From Atractiella rhizophila (taxonomy: Eukaryota): 53,899 bases of DNA. Shown piece by piece: positions 11,417 to 23,652 of the stretch. The position numbers and the translations under genes were made by a program. Under the pieces are notes generated by a model that was not told where the DNA came from, did no database searches, and saw nothing but the letters and a program-made list of their open reading frames with translations. The stretch spans positions 1-53,899 of the forward strand of contig MU271487.1 of assembly GCA_021432655.1 (NCBI GenBank), read 5' to 3'. Every line of letters begins with the position of its first letter. The first letter of the stretch is position 1.

Positions 11417-13086
11417 TTACAACCCAGCATTCTGCCTCTTCTTCTCCACCACCCAACCCATGAAGTGATCCCTAAATTTGATCATCTCTCGCTCTGCAAA
11501 CGGCATGAAGTGAGCCGAAATCACAGCGGCAATTCCTGATTCGAAGTCGACAAACCAATAGGTGTTCATGAGTCTAAGCAGCAGGCCAACAACATGATAA
11601 GCGCAAGTCCTTCATTGAAGCAATTAGGAGGACGAAAGAGGAAAACTACGAACCCTCCCCAGCCGATTGTCCCATTTTCCAATCCATACTTGGTCTTATC
11701 ATTAGCTACCATCCCGTTCAACAAACACCATCCATTCGCCATCCCTTCTGTCCCTCCTGCCTCAGACTCCAAAAACTTCTCAAACTTGCTCATCCCTTGT
11801 GACTCATGCATCTCCCACGGTGGAGAAGGCAGTGTGATCCCAGTGCGTTTCAGGCCGTCGCTACGGGCCTCTTCAAAGAGCGAAGGGGAGAGAAGATATG
11901 AGCCAGACGTTGTCCTGCCCCCTAGGAGGACGCAGTGGAGGATGTTGGAGAAGGCAGAGAGCGACTATACACGGGTTGTGAGTTGTAACGCATGGCAAGA
12001 GAGGGAAGTAAACGGCGTACCCCGTGCAGCCCTCCACTGGTCTCCCATCTCCAGCCTTCCGGCGGTGCACCATCAGTTGTATCGTATTGTACCTTCGTAT
12101 CATTCAAGGATCAGGCAATAATAGTCAGGCCGAAAAGAACACTGACAGGGAAGTGTGGGATGGGGTTAAACATTCTCCTACCCTCGTTCACCTGGATCGC
12201 CATGCTCGGCATCAGGCTCTTCTTGATCGATGGAGTGATGTGGAAATTTAGATCATCGCTGCAAATATTCAGCGGATCAAATACCAACTCCTTGTGAAGT
12301 TCCATAATATTCTTATGAACTCCTTTTGATGCCGATATCCGTTCGATGAATTCCGCCACCCAGTTCGAGCACTTTCCATACCTAAGCCATTTACCAGGAA
12401 GCATCAATTCCTACATCCACCAATGTCTAATCAGGGACACACAGGAATGGCGTGCCAGCTTCAAAAGCTCGAGGAACATCGAGCATTTCGAACGTAAGAT
12501 ATGGCTCGTTAGCGTCTTCCTGCACTTCCGTCAACATGTTGCCACAATAAAAGTGCGTGATCTCACCAAATCTGCTCCTGCCTCCCAAGTGAAGGGCATC
12601 CAGAACCCTCCGGTTTGTAATAGCAGTTGCCTCAGAGTGATTCCCCTCTCCGGTTCTTTCAAGATGGGCCGTTTCTTTCCAGCTTCCCCGTCCTCCTCCC
12701 AACCACCAAAAACCGTTCCTGCGCCTTTTCCCCTCGCAGCATCGAATTCAGGAATTAACGCAGCCAGATCCTCCACACTATCAATGTCGAACTTATACTT
12801 CTCGACGAGGATGAGGGCGACGAGTGCGAGAGGAAGCTTGGAAACAGAAGCGAGCCAGAATGTACTCTCGTCCGTCAATGGACGAGAGTCAGTCGGGGAG
12901 TAGACGCCAGCAAAAGCGGACGCGAAGACACCACCCTTGTCGCTGAGGGCTACAGCTCCCAGACCTGTGCCCATCGACCTGTAAGTTACACATATGCAAG
13001 AGGAAAGAGAGAAACCTGCCGGGTGCTATTCCTTCGTCAACTGCTGATTTGAGGAGGGCGTACAATTCATCGTTCAAGTTCGCCAT
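11417..13086 (-). CDS. Beta-lactamase/transpeptidase-like serine hydrolase (LovD/esterase-type), multi-exon
   Basis: SxxK motif FWLASVSKL, ITLRQLLLQTGG, PGKWLRYG, C-terminal WGGLMNTYWFVD. Spliced frame is continuous to TAA at 11417. Confidence 0.85.
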
Positions 13087-14028
13087 CTCAACTCGTGTGG
13101 GAGCTCATAGGATAGGAAGCTAGCTTTTATACGCTCCTGACCATAAAATTGTTCAAACTTCAGCGCGAGAATTGGGTCGTTCAGGGAGGCAGCAATTACC
13201 AGTCACCATTGATTCATTATGGGTACGCGACAAGATTGCTAAGGCTGCCTAGGCGAGGGGCCGGCAACAGTGGACAGGCAAGGAGAATCGTCAATGTCTC
13301 CCTGACATTTCTAACAACGATTCCACAGGGGGTACGCGCATGATCTCTCTGTCTGATGCTCTCTGCTATGCAGTGCACGGCTTCTTCTCCTTCTGCATCC
13401 ATGAGTAAGCCATCAACTAGGTCCTAAGCCAGTGTATGTCCTTAACAAAGTACCTAGTCCACAATCCCAATTTTCCCGCGCCGCCTCCTGTGTGCAACGC
13501 AACAGCTCTAGAGAGTGGACCTCGACTGTCCCGTGTAACAATGCCCTTTGGGTCATTATCAACATAAGTTAGGCTTTCGATCAACATAGAAGGTCCTCAG
13601 AATGCAAATTCCCAGAAAGAAGGTCAGGGAATGACAAGAATCTGTGGTCACTGCCGTGCTGCTTCATTTCATCTTTCATCATTTCTACCCTAGATAGTGT
13701 CGGTGGCCTTTCATGGCCCTTCAAGCCCTGCCCGGCGAGGAGCATCCATCAAACACAATTAACAAATCAAGAAGAGGAATTACCGACTAATCATCGCCAT
13801 CGAAGAGCGACCTTGATGTGTCGGTTCCGTTACAGAATTTCCTCCGCCTTGAAGATCAGAGAGAGTTGGCACAAGGTCACTTCATTTGATTTGTTCCAGG
13901 GCTGTGCCTTCGATCGTTGTTATATTTCAAGGCTCATCGCGAACATTATACAGAGACAAGACAAGATGGGTGTACAAATTAGTCTTCGATATTAACTTGT
14001 GATGCTTTCCTTTCCTCAACACGAGAAC

Positions 14029-16142
14029 TTAGGTCAGGTAATCAATACCGTTAGGGCAAAGTTCGATCGTGTATCCTTCCGTATTGAAGCCGTTCTCCTA
14101 CATTGACGTTACACCAAGTCTGGAGCATATAATGGACACATACGATGTTTTGGCACGTGAACGTGCTTGAAAAGTCGTCGTAGGCTACATAACGAATATT
14201 TCCAAGTTTTTACCATGCAAGATGGAATGAGGAGAAAGACGCACGGAAGGTGTATCCAGAAGGAGACCCAGTCTTCAGCCACTGGATGGTGGGGAGAATT
14301 GTCTCAGTCCAAGCCGGCGAGGAGTTGACGCAGTCACCAGTGGCTTTCCGAGCTGTCAGACTGGTTGATAAGAGGAGGAAGAGCGACACAAACAGGCTGG
14401 GACGCCGATGTTCATGCTCTCCCACTGAGCACAACCACAGCAGGCGTTATCGGCTCCAGGCTGGTAGCACGATCCTGAAGTAAAGGAAATAGTAGATCAG
14501 CATATGTCAAACTGGATACCGAACACGCACCAGAGGTAACCCCACAACCTTGGAACGCACCGACCGTGCCAGTGAAAGCACCTGTTTTCAGGTCAGCGAG
14601 GGATGTTCTTAAAAGTGACGAAGACGATACCATTAGTCACAGAATTGGAGCAGCCGAAGATACCTGAGTCTCCATCAACTACACAAGCCTGGTTTACGGT
14701 CCAGTATCCACTGAGAGCTCCGCAAACCCTCGCGAGCTGACCATTGACGGCGGCGGTTCCACAGACCTCGCCTCCAGAGCAATCGGCGTTCGAAGAACAC
14801 GACGCCTGGCTCCCCCCCGTAGCCCACTGGTATTCATCCCCAGGAGGAGAAAATTTCCAGCTGTCGCCTCCGAGTCCGGTGTTGGGGTTAGGAGACCCAA
14901 CGTTCGCGCACGTGTAAGGGTTCCCAGAGTCTGCGTTGGTGACTGATGGGGTTATGGAGATGGGAACGTTGACACCTGGTCAAGGGTGTTAGAAACGATG
15001 AGGGTAAAAGTCGAATAGCGGACCATGGATGTTGGAGAGGTCTCCGTAGTCGATGCCGGTTTTCACAAGGGTGAACTCCGCCTTTCCACCTAACAGTCGT
15101 GGTGATCGACTAAGTATATTTGTCGCAGCAAACTAGGGAAAACATACCTGGCCCGTTGGCACTGCACCCTGCAGATTCGCAAGTCGCGTCGTCGGCGGTA
15201 CAGCTCGTTCCAACCTCACAGAACCTGTCCTAGCCGTTACCTCCGGGTCGAAAAAAGTTGCAGGAAACAGACGCAAAGTTTCCACTCCTACATCAGAATG
15301 TCAGCCTTGCAAACATCAACTACAGTTGGCACGAACCAAGCAGCGCTGTTGCCGTTGTCAAGACCAGCATAAGTGATCGTCGATGTCGCTCCAACTGGAA
15401 TGCGCCAGTTTCCCAATGAAGGGGTAGGATTGTCCCAATAGCAGATTCCGTTGGCATCGTTGCTGACCATAAGCCAGTCAGAATTGGAATGCCGTAGAAC
15501 GAAGTTGAAAATCACTCACCAGGAAGAGCCAGCGATACATCCCTCCGAGCAGTTATTGGTAGCTCCGGATGTCGCCTGGAAGAAGACATCGTGCTTGCAG
15601 GAATTCTTTGAAGGTGAACGTCGAGATGGCGCGTGGGCAAGCGCGACGGGGGTGAAAGAAAGCGGCGAGGAGGATGCTTCTTCTTTAAGGGATGGATGGT
15701 AATACTGGCGTTCCAGCTTTTCTTTTATAAGCCAGAGAGCTGTAGCGGTTAAGGACGAGCGTGTTGGAGGACGGGAGGGAAGCTGGAGCTGGGGTACTGT
15801 GAGGGAGGAGTTGCGAGACGTTGATCGCAACATGGAGGTAGCTGTGGCACATTTCAGCAACTCGAGCGTGGCGAAACAGTGGTCCCAATAGCAGATTCCG
15901 TTGGCATCGTTGCTGACCACAAGCCAGTCAGAATTGGAATGCTGTAGAACGAAGTTGAAAATCACTCACCAGGAAGAGCCAGCGATACATCCCTCCGAGC
16001 AGTTATTGGTAGCTCCGGATGTCGCCTGGAAGAAGACATCGTGCTTGCAGGAATTCTTGAAGGTGAACGTCCGAGATGGCGGCGTCTGGGCAAGCGCGAC
16101 GGCGGTGAAAGCGAAAGCGGCGAGGAAACGGAGTTGGGCCAT
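14029..16142 (-). CDS. Large secreted thaumatin-like protein (GH152-like), multi-exon; 5' end disturbed by a local 450-bp duplication
   Basis: Signal MAQLRFLAAFAFTAVALA then TFTFKNSC; WSGNF; KAEFTL...DYGDLSNIHGVNVPISITP; WLKTGSPSGYTF-YDDFSSTFTC; YTIELCP. Stop 14029-14031. Confidence 0.75.
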
Positions 16143-16378
16143 GTCTTCTTCTTTAAGGGATGGATGGTAATACTGGCGGGTTCCAGCTTCAAGTTCTCTT
16201 TTATAGCCAAGAGAGCTGTAGCGGTTAAGGACTCGAGCGCGTGTTGGAGGACGGGAGGGAAAGCTGGAGCTGGGGTAGCTGTGAGGGAGGAGTTGCGAGG
16301 GATGACGTTGATCGCAACATGGAGGTAGCTGTGGTCACCATTTCAGGCAACCTCGAGCGTGGCGATTAACAGTTGGTG
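15432..16378. repeat. Direct tandem duplication (15432-15881 and 15882-~16378) of the thaumatin-like gene 5' end and promoter
   Basis: Both units start GTCCCAATAGCAGATTCCG, 450 bp apart. Differences are mostly 1-3 nt indels. Confidence 0.9.
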
Positions 16379-16835
16379 ACGCAGTTTGGGAGAAGGCGAA
16401 AGCCTTGGTGAGGGGCAACATGTGAGTGTTCATAAAGCCTTAAGTGTTGCCTTCCGGACGCATGCGGAGATTATCAGGACTTGACGTTGATCGTGGGGGT
16501 CGTTGGCGGGAGGGAATCAAGTTCAATTTACTTGGATTTTGCAACGCCAACATTTTGCACAACGGCAAAGACTGCTGTTTCAGAACAGAACAGTTTTCTT
16601 GGTTTCAATGCAGGCATGGAACGCTAACACCGGCTCACGTGCCGGCAAGGGGAGTGGACTCCTTGATCTCATCGGCATAATCATCCACACGAAGCGAAAG
16701 AAAGGATCGCTTTCTAACACATTTTGAACTTTCCTGCATTACATTGAGTGACTATAACCACTGCACGTATACAGCTCAATTCCATCCCTCCCTCCAAGGA
16801 CCAAAACATGGTCCATCCTTCATAAGGTACAGTCT

Positions 16836-17648
16836 TTAAGCACCGCAAAGGTAGAGGTTGACGCCAACATTAGCGGTGTTGCATTGCCTGATAGATCTAC
16901 AGGCAAGTACGAATCAGATGTGAGAACATAAGCGAAAGAAGACTGAGTCTTACGATCCGTCATCGACTCCAGGAACCCAGCAGTCGGCAGGCCCAGAGCT
17001 GGGGGAAGGGCAGTGGCCACCAGTGCAGCTTCCATCAGTCCAGGACCATGCAAGAGGGATGCTCCATCCCGCAACACGGGAAAGGTTGCACTAGACGTAG
17101 CGAGGTATGAGCATCTTATATGATGATAATCGGCAAAAGTCAGTTCACACTTACTTGCTGGAACGAAGGATCTATTCAAGACAAGAACAAGCATTAGAGA
17201 ACACAAGGAGAAAGGAAGAGCAACCCACTGCTGAAGTCGCACTCGAGTCTAGTGCATCCCGGTCCGTCGTCACCTTTCAAGTCCACAGGTTTAGCACGAG
17301 GTGCAGTTGCATGAAAAGTAAAGAAATGTACCAGGGCACTCTCCGCTCTCTCCAAAAACAATGAAAGAGCTAGCAAGGGCGGGAACAGATACGGAGTAGG
17401 AGCCACCATTGGTAGAAAGGGTTCCGCTAATGTGATTGAAAGAGCCTAAGAAAGAAAGAAAGCAAAACAGACCAAGTCAATCAATGTGTGCTCTCCGCGT
17501 CACTGCACACAATGGTGGGAGGCATACCAGATTTGACATGTCCTCGCTTGCCCTCGCCGCAATAGTTGTAGATATTGACGACGTGGTCAGCGGCGACGAA
17601 GGACACCAAAGATAGGGTGAGAGCGAAGACGGAGGAGGCAGAGACCAT
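16836..17648 (-). CDS. Small secreted Cys-rich protein, small thaumatin-like type (~160 aa, 10 Cys), multi-exon
   Basis: Hand splice: MVSASSVFALTLSLVSFVAADHVVNIYNYCG...ECPGDDGPGCTRLECDFSNPSFQQCNLSRVAGWSIPLAW...QCNTANVGVNLYLCGA*. TATA-like box on the minus strand near 17721-17728. Confidence 0.7.
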
Positions 17649-18717
17649 TGTGGTGAATTAAAGACAAGAGGGGAAGACGAGATACGATCTGGATGAGCAA
17701 TCCCAGTCGATCTTCTCTCCTTTTATACCCCCACGTAGGCCAGAGATAGCACCAGAAATGGAAGACTCAGGACGGATCATGGGCAGAGCCTCCCATAAGA
17801 CCTTGTCTAGCACGATGCTTTTCGCGTGGTTTAGTGCTTTCAGGAAACGGCTCCGCAGCTCTCAGCTCCTGTCCATTGAACTTTTTGGAGTAGACATGAC
17901 GAGGTCCTCGCAGAAAGAAAACGTGAGGGGTGTTTACCTTATCACGAATCGAGGAAAATGCCATGAAAGACAACAAGGTGATACAACTAAGAGCCAAAAA
18001 ATACACTCGTCTAAATAATGAACCTTGCGAGGAGGACTCGGCATCGCTTTCTCCTTCTCATCAGTGACCTGGCCCTACCGAGCACCTCTCCGTCCCCTTC
18101 CACTGCCTTCCACGTCTTTGTCTTGAATATTGAAATTGAATGAAGAAGAATAACCTCCACAATGGAAATGTAAAAGTAAATGCTCACGTGCAAAATCTCT
18201 GCTGGTCAAATGCGACGCGAGATGTGTGATGCAACCATGCAACCAGAGCGCTCCTGATTTATAGCGTGCCGGGAAGGCAGCAATTCAGAAGTAATATGAG
18301 GTACGCATTTCTACCAGATAGCGCTGGGAAGGTGATGTGAAGGTGAAGGTGAACAACAAAGGCACCATGAAATTTGTGGAATATCTTCCAAGTTCCTACG
18401 TTGAGTGTATTGAGACGTCAAAGACATGACACCATCACACTGCAATTGATCAGTTGCCTGACTCTATATGCTTTTCTTTGCTTGAAAAGCATTAGAGATC
18501 ATATCAGAGCAATTACTCGGGCTCCGCACAGGATGCTCTTTCGTACTCTTGATCTTTTATGCTGAACCCTGACGTCGGGCCCCGAAGCGGTGGCTTTGTC
18601 ACTCAAGGTCTCATCGACCTCCAAGAGCATGATTTATTCATATTGGATTAGCGATGAGCTCAGGAATGCCTTCTATTCTTATTCTCCAATCCCGCAGGAG
18701 AGTCACTACTGTACGGA

Positions 18718-19012
18718 TTGTTTCCCTTCTCCTCTGTCTTTGCCGCCAGACAGTAACAACTCCTCCAGCGGGTTTGTCAGCCCATAAGAGTGTAACTGTT
18801 GCCGACCTCGGTTGCAAACGCTGCGTTCCTATTCGTGCTTTCCTTGCCAAGGCAAGGGTGATGACCCTAGCAGGTAAGCCATTGCATAAGGGTTCATTCC
18901 CCTCTCCTCTGTTCGCTGCCGAACAGTAACAACTTCCCCAGCGGGTTCGTCAGCCATAAGACTGTCGCCGATCTCATTTTGCACCCACTGCATCCCTAGG
19001 CAAGGATGACGT
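18718..19012 (+). promoter_or_regulatory. Tandem ~130-150 bp upstream module (two copies), with a third copy at ~20880-21020
   Basis: Shared GCC..ACAGTAACA..CCAGCGGGT..GCCGA(C/T)CTC..GGCAAGG(G/A)TGA blocks upstream of both NmrA-like genes. Confidence 0.6.
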
Positions 19013-19142
19013 GATACCTGGTTACTGGTGAAGTCGAGTGAGAGAACTAGGAGGGATGGGCGCTTGCCTATAAAAGAGATGTTTCATACGGATCGGAAAC
19101 GATAACGAAATATTTTCGGGCAACGTTCTAAACTACTCAAAG

Positions 19143-20275
19143 ATGGCTCCTGTGAAAATTGCAGTTGTAGGCGTTGGATCTTTAGGTGAGCTATTATACA
19201 TTTGCGTGGAAATGTAATCACAAGCAACCTGTAGGATCTATTCACATCCGTGAACTCTTAAAATTTCCTGATCTCTACATTCCAATTGCGATCACTTCCT
19301 CTAAGACCACACTCCTTCCCGCCTCCCAAGTGCGCGTCATTGATTATTCCTCCCCATCATCTCTGGCTTCCGCCGTCCAAGGGGTCCACACCATAATCAA
19401 TACGGCCTTCCCTAGCGCAAGCTCCATCCAAGAGTTCCTCGCTGGTCAGCTCCGACTCATTCAGGCTGCAGATGAGGCAGGAGTCAAGAGATATATCCCC
19501 AGTGAGTGGGCTATGAACAAGAAGGTGAACCAATACATCCAGCTTTATGGCTTCAAAGACCCTATCATGGAAGCTTTGAGGAAGACCAAGATGGAGTTTA
19601 CGGCCGTCAGACCTGGCATTTATATGAATTTCTTCGCGTTTGGATCGCCCAAAGAGAGAGTGGTAGAGGACGCATTCGATGGAGTCAGGTTCGTCACCCT
19701 TCCGCCATTTGTTACCATATTCTCAGCTGAAGTCACAAGCTAGATATAACCCTTACGTCGTGAACATTGAGGATGGAACAGCCAACAACCCCGGAACGGG
19801 GAACGACTTGGTGACATTCACGAAAGCACAAGAGATCGCAGTGATGACCGTGAAACTGTTGGCCCTCGAAAAGTGGGAAGAGGAAAGTGGAGTCGTTGGT
19901 TCGACGATGTCTTACAATGAAGTCATTAAATTAGCCGAAAAGTTGACAGGTGTGGCCCCTCTTGATGCCTTGTGCTGCTGAAACTAACGCCTTTTGATGA
20001 AGGGAAAAAGTTCAATGTCACCTACATTCCCAAAGAGCAGCTTGAAGCACAGAAAGCTGAGTTGGAGAAAGGCTTGCCTGAAACACTCTTCCAACATTTT
20101 GTCGTTGAGGTTTGTCCTAAACTGAACATCGAACAAATTACTAAGAGTTTGGCAGGGCTTCCTAGCGGCGATAAAACTGGGAGGCGATGCGAGTGTCAAG
20201 CCTACGCTCAACCAACGTCTTGGGAATCCCAAACTCACCACTGTGGAAGAATTTTTGCAAAGATGGTGGGCTTAG
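19143..20275 (+). CDS. NmrA-like/isoflavone-reductase-like NAD(P)-binding protein, copy 1
   Basis: MAPVKIAVVGVGSLG (Rossmann), QLRLIQAADEAGVKRYIPSEW, RPGIYMNFF, ends LTTVEEFLQRWWA*. GCCTATAAAAG near 19066. Confidence 0.88.
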
Positions 20276-20489
20276 GGTGTTGCAGCAAGTTTCGTCCACT
20301 GTGGATGAGTTGAGCTCACAGTTACTTCAAGTTAACATCATGATTTCTGAGTTCTGCAATCTATCTCGTGATTGATCAGTGTTGAAGACCTTACAGGGAG
20401 TAATTGCAGCCTGGCTTTCATTTTATTTGTACAACAAGGTCAGTTGACAAAGTTTTCAAAGTAATATGGCAATTTGAATGGATTCTCAA

Positions 20490-20830
20490 TCGCTGCCTCA
20501 TCCCGCATAACAACGTGATCCTTCAATCCTTCAGCCTCCTCCTCCTCCTCTTCAAAAGGCAGCTCCTCTGCCTCCATCATCGCCTCCTCTTCCCCACAGA
20601 AGCTTTGACACCCATCGCTTCCTCCTTGCTCGCCAGCTGGTTCTTTCCACTTTCCTCGTCAAAGCTTCAACACTGTAAACTGACGTTGTCTGATCATCAG
20701 AAGCTTCCACTTTACCCTTCCCTTCTTGAGGCTAACACTTCACAGAGGGCTTTTTCCTTCACTGTGCGCACACTACATCCAGCGTCCAACGATGGTCACA
20801 TTAACGATAAGGCAACCCGCGCACACTAGC
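20490..20830 (-). pseudogene. Decayed duplicate of the acidic 3' exon of the DPB4-like gene
   Basis: Aligns with 22520-22890 (cataacaac..atccttcaatccttca..ttcaaaaggc..ctctgcctccatc..) with deletions. Confidence 0.7.
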
Positions 20831-21140
20831 AGCAAGTCATTCATTAACCGCATTGAGGATGTTTCCCGTTCCCCCCGATGTTTCCCCTCCTCAGTCTGTT
20901 GCTAATTACTGCCGGACAGTAACATCTTCTCCAGCGGGTGTGTCCTCCATACGAGCGGGCTTTTCGCCGATCTCGGTTTGCACCCGCCAGGTCCTATTCT
21001 TGCGTTCCGGCAAGGATGATGAGAAAGCTGGTTTTGTGGAGCAGGAGGGGATGGGATTTTGCCTATAAAAGGAGAGGGGTTATGCAAGGTGGGAAACGGT
21101 AACAAACATATTATCAAGCAAAGTTCGAAAACCAATCAAG

Positions 21141-22285
21141 ATGGCTCCTATTCAGATTGCAGTTGTAGGTGTTGGATCCTTAGGTGAGATTCCCAAACTT
21201 CTGCGTAGAAATGTAATGAAACAACTTGTAGGGTCCATGCATATCCGCGAGCTTTTAAAATTTCCTGATCTCTATACTCCATTTGCGATCACCTCCTCCT
21301 CAAAGACGACACTCCTTCCCGCCTCCCAAGTGCGCGTGATCGATTATTCCTCCCCATCTTCTCTGGCTGCCGCCGTCCAAGGGATCCACACCGTAATCAA
21401 CACGGCTTCCCCGAACGCCAGCTCCGTCCAGATGTTCCTCGAAGGTCAGCTCCGACTAGTTCAAGCTGCAGATGAGGCGGGAGTTAAGAGATATATCCCA
21501 AGTGAGTGGGCAATGAGCAAGGAGATGAACCAATATATCCAGCTTTACGCATTCAAAGATCCTGTCATTGAAGCTTTGAGGAAGACAAAGATGGAGTTTA
21601 CAGCTGTAAGACCTGGCATTTACATGAATTTCTTTGCTTTTGGATCGCCCAAAGAGAGGGTTGTCGAGGACGCATACGATGGAGTCAGGTTCGTCATCAT
21701 TCCATGTCTAGCATCCTTGATTACCCTACCCTCAGCTGAAGTCTCATTGCAGATATCATCCGTATGTCGTGAACATTGCGGATGGTACAGCCAACATCCC
21801 AGGAACGGGAAACGAGTTGGTGACGTTCACAAAAGCGCAAGAGATCGCAGTGATGGTCGTGAAAATGTTGGCCCTCGAAAAATGGGGAGAGGAAAGTGGA
21901 ATCGTTGGTTCAACGATGTCGTACAATGAAGTTGTCAAATTGGCTGAAAAATTCACCGGTATGACGCGCTTTTGATATCCTTTTGCTTTAGTACTGACGA
22001 TTTTTGATGTAGGAAAAAAATTCAATGTCACCTACACGTCACAAGAGCAGCTTGAAGCACAGAAAGCCGAGTTGGAGAAAGGTCTACCCGAAAACTACTT
22101 CCAGCACTTTGTTGTAGAGGTTTGTCATAAACTGAGTGTTGAACGGATCGCTGAGAGTTCCACAGGGTTTCCTAGGAGCGGTGAAACTGGGAGGCGGCGC
22201 GAGTGTTGAGCCTACACTCAATCAACGACTTGGGAATCCCAAACTCACCACTGTGGAAGAATTTTTGGAAAGATGGTGGGCTTAG
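21141..22285 (+). CDS. NmrA-like/isoflavone-reductase-like NAD(P)-binding protein, copy 2
   Basis: Same exon structure as copy 1. MAPIQIAVVGVGSLG...EEFLERWWA*. GCCTATAAAAG at 21061. Confidence 0.88.
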
Positions 22286-22517
22286 AATGTTCCGCAAGTT
22301 TGGCCAAACCGGAACAAGTGGGGTCCCAAGTGAAAAACGCCAAGGGAAAACAAGGGGCCAACTCAAAACCTTAAGGACGAACTAACAATTAACCTGAATC
22401 AATGAACCGGTGGTGAAGAAAATAACGGACCAACAAAACAGAAAACCAAAATGCAAATAACCAACGTCCGGGGCAAGCGAAAAAAAGTTTGAAAACAATA
22501 GCTCAATTTAAGGATCC

Positions 22518-23480
22518 TCAGACCCGGCCCGCATCTCCCATAACAACATCATCCTTCAATCCTTCATCCTCCTTCTCTTCCTCCTGTTCTTCAAAAGGCG
22601 GTTCCTCTGCCTCCATCTCCTCTTGCTCTTCCTCCACAATGTCATCAGGATCTGACAGCTCCTCATCGCTGCCTCCGCCCTCGCCCTCCTCCTCGCTCGC
22701 CGGCGGGTTCTTCCACTTCTCCTCCGCTGGCAAACCCTCCGTAGCATAAACTGCTGTTGGCTGATCATCGGAAGCCTTAGCTTTGCCTTTTCCCTTCTTG
22801 AGGCCAACGGATGACTGCTGTTTCACGGAGGGCTTTTTCTTCGCTTCTTTGTTCTGCGCAAACACTGAATCCGGCGTCCGAAGGTTAGTTACATGGAGAC
22901 TACAGCAGGAGAATGAACGGGAGGGAGACAAACATCTTTGTGCTTCTTTTAATGCTTGTACTAGACCTTCTCCATCAGACCATTTAAGTGCCTCTGCAGC
23001 TTCAAGGAGATCCTTTGGAGTTAGCGTTGAGCGTTTGTGATTGGAAGCGGCATCCAGTGCACTTTATCTCACCACTGAGTTGACGCGTCTTCGGAGCGAA
23101 TGGGTTCATGGGAACGCTCACAATGTTGCTGGAGCATGATATTGGAGAAAACGAAGGTACGGAAGAAGGAGACACGCACTTAAGTAAGAAACAAAGATAG
23201 AGGTTGCTATTTGGACTGCTGGTGATAAATCTTTCGCCATCTTGAACGTATCTGGCAGCTGTGGTGCACCGTTAGGGCACGAAAGCATTCTTATTGGTTT
23301 AGAGACGCACAGAATCTCTTGTGAGTCGCGACACTGATTTCGAGTCAAGTTAGACTGAGAACTTGAAAAGAAACATTAGAACTTACCCGTTGCTTGTGGT
23401 AGAAGGAACTGGTCAATCCCTTCACTTCCATCTTCTGCTACCGCGTGCTCTGCTGAACGCGTGTCGGAAGAATCAGCCAT
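22518..23480 (-). CDS. DPB4: Histone-fold protein, DNA polymerase epsilon subunit D/CHRAC17 (Dpb4/POLE3-like) with acidic tail
   Basis: Spliced: GIDQFLLPQATVSRLTRDSLPDTFKMAKDLSPAVQIATSIFVSYLTTFALDAASNHKRSTLTPKDLLEAAEAL matches the CBFD_NFYB_HMF/POLE3 pattern. E/D-rich C-terminus. Confidence 0.78.
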
Positions 23481-23587
23481 GAGGATTTGGATTCACCGTC
23501 TTAACCTCTGATTTCTCGCAGTGAAGCTTAAGCGCGTTAATGTTCTTCTTGCGTATCCAGCAGTACCCGGGTCAGCGCACCGATGCT

Positions 23588-23652
23588 TGCGGTACCGCAC
23601 CAGGATCACCCAAGATATGACGTCATGACTCTTCACACGACAGAATATAAAA
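23588..23652. promoter_or_regulatory. Divergent promoter elements: TGCGGTACCGCA palindrome (23588-23599), CRE ATGACGTCAT (23617-23626), TATAAAA (23646-23652)
   Basis: Exact motifs in the 264-bp DPB4/RTC3 intergenic region. Confidence 0.6.

Noticed and set aside
22300..22517. A/C-rich stretch with doubled bases between NmrA copy 2 and DPB4
   Set aside because: Looks like low-quality sequence loosely resembling 20290-20500; no biological interpretation offered, and the DPB4 stop may be affected
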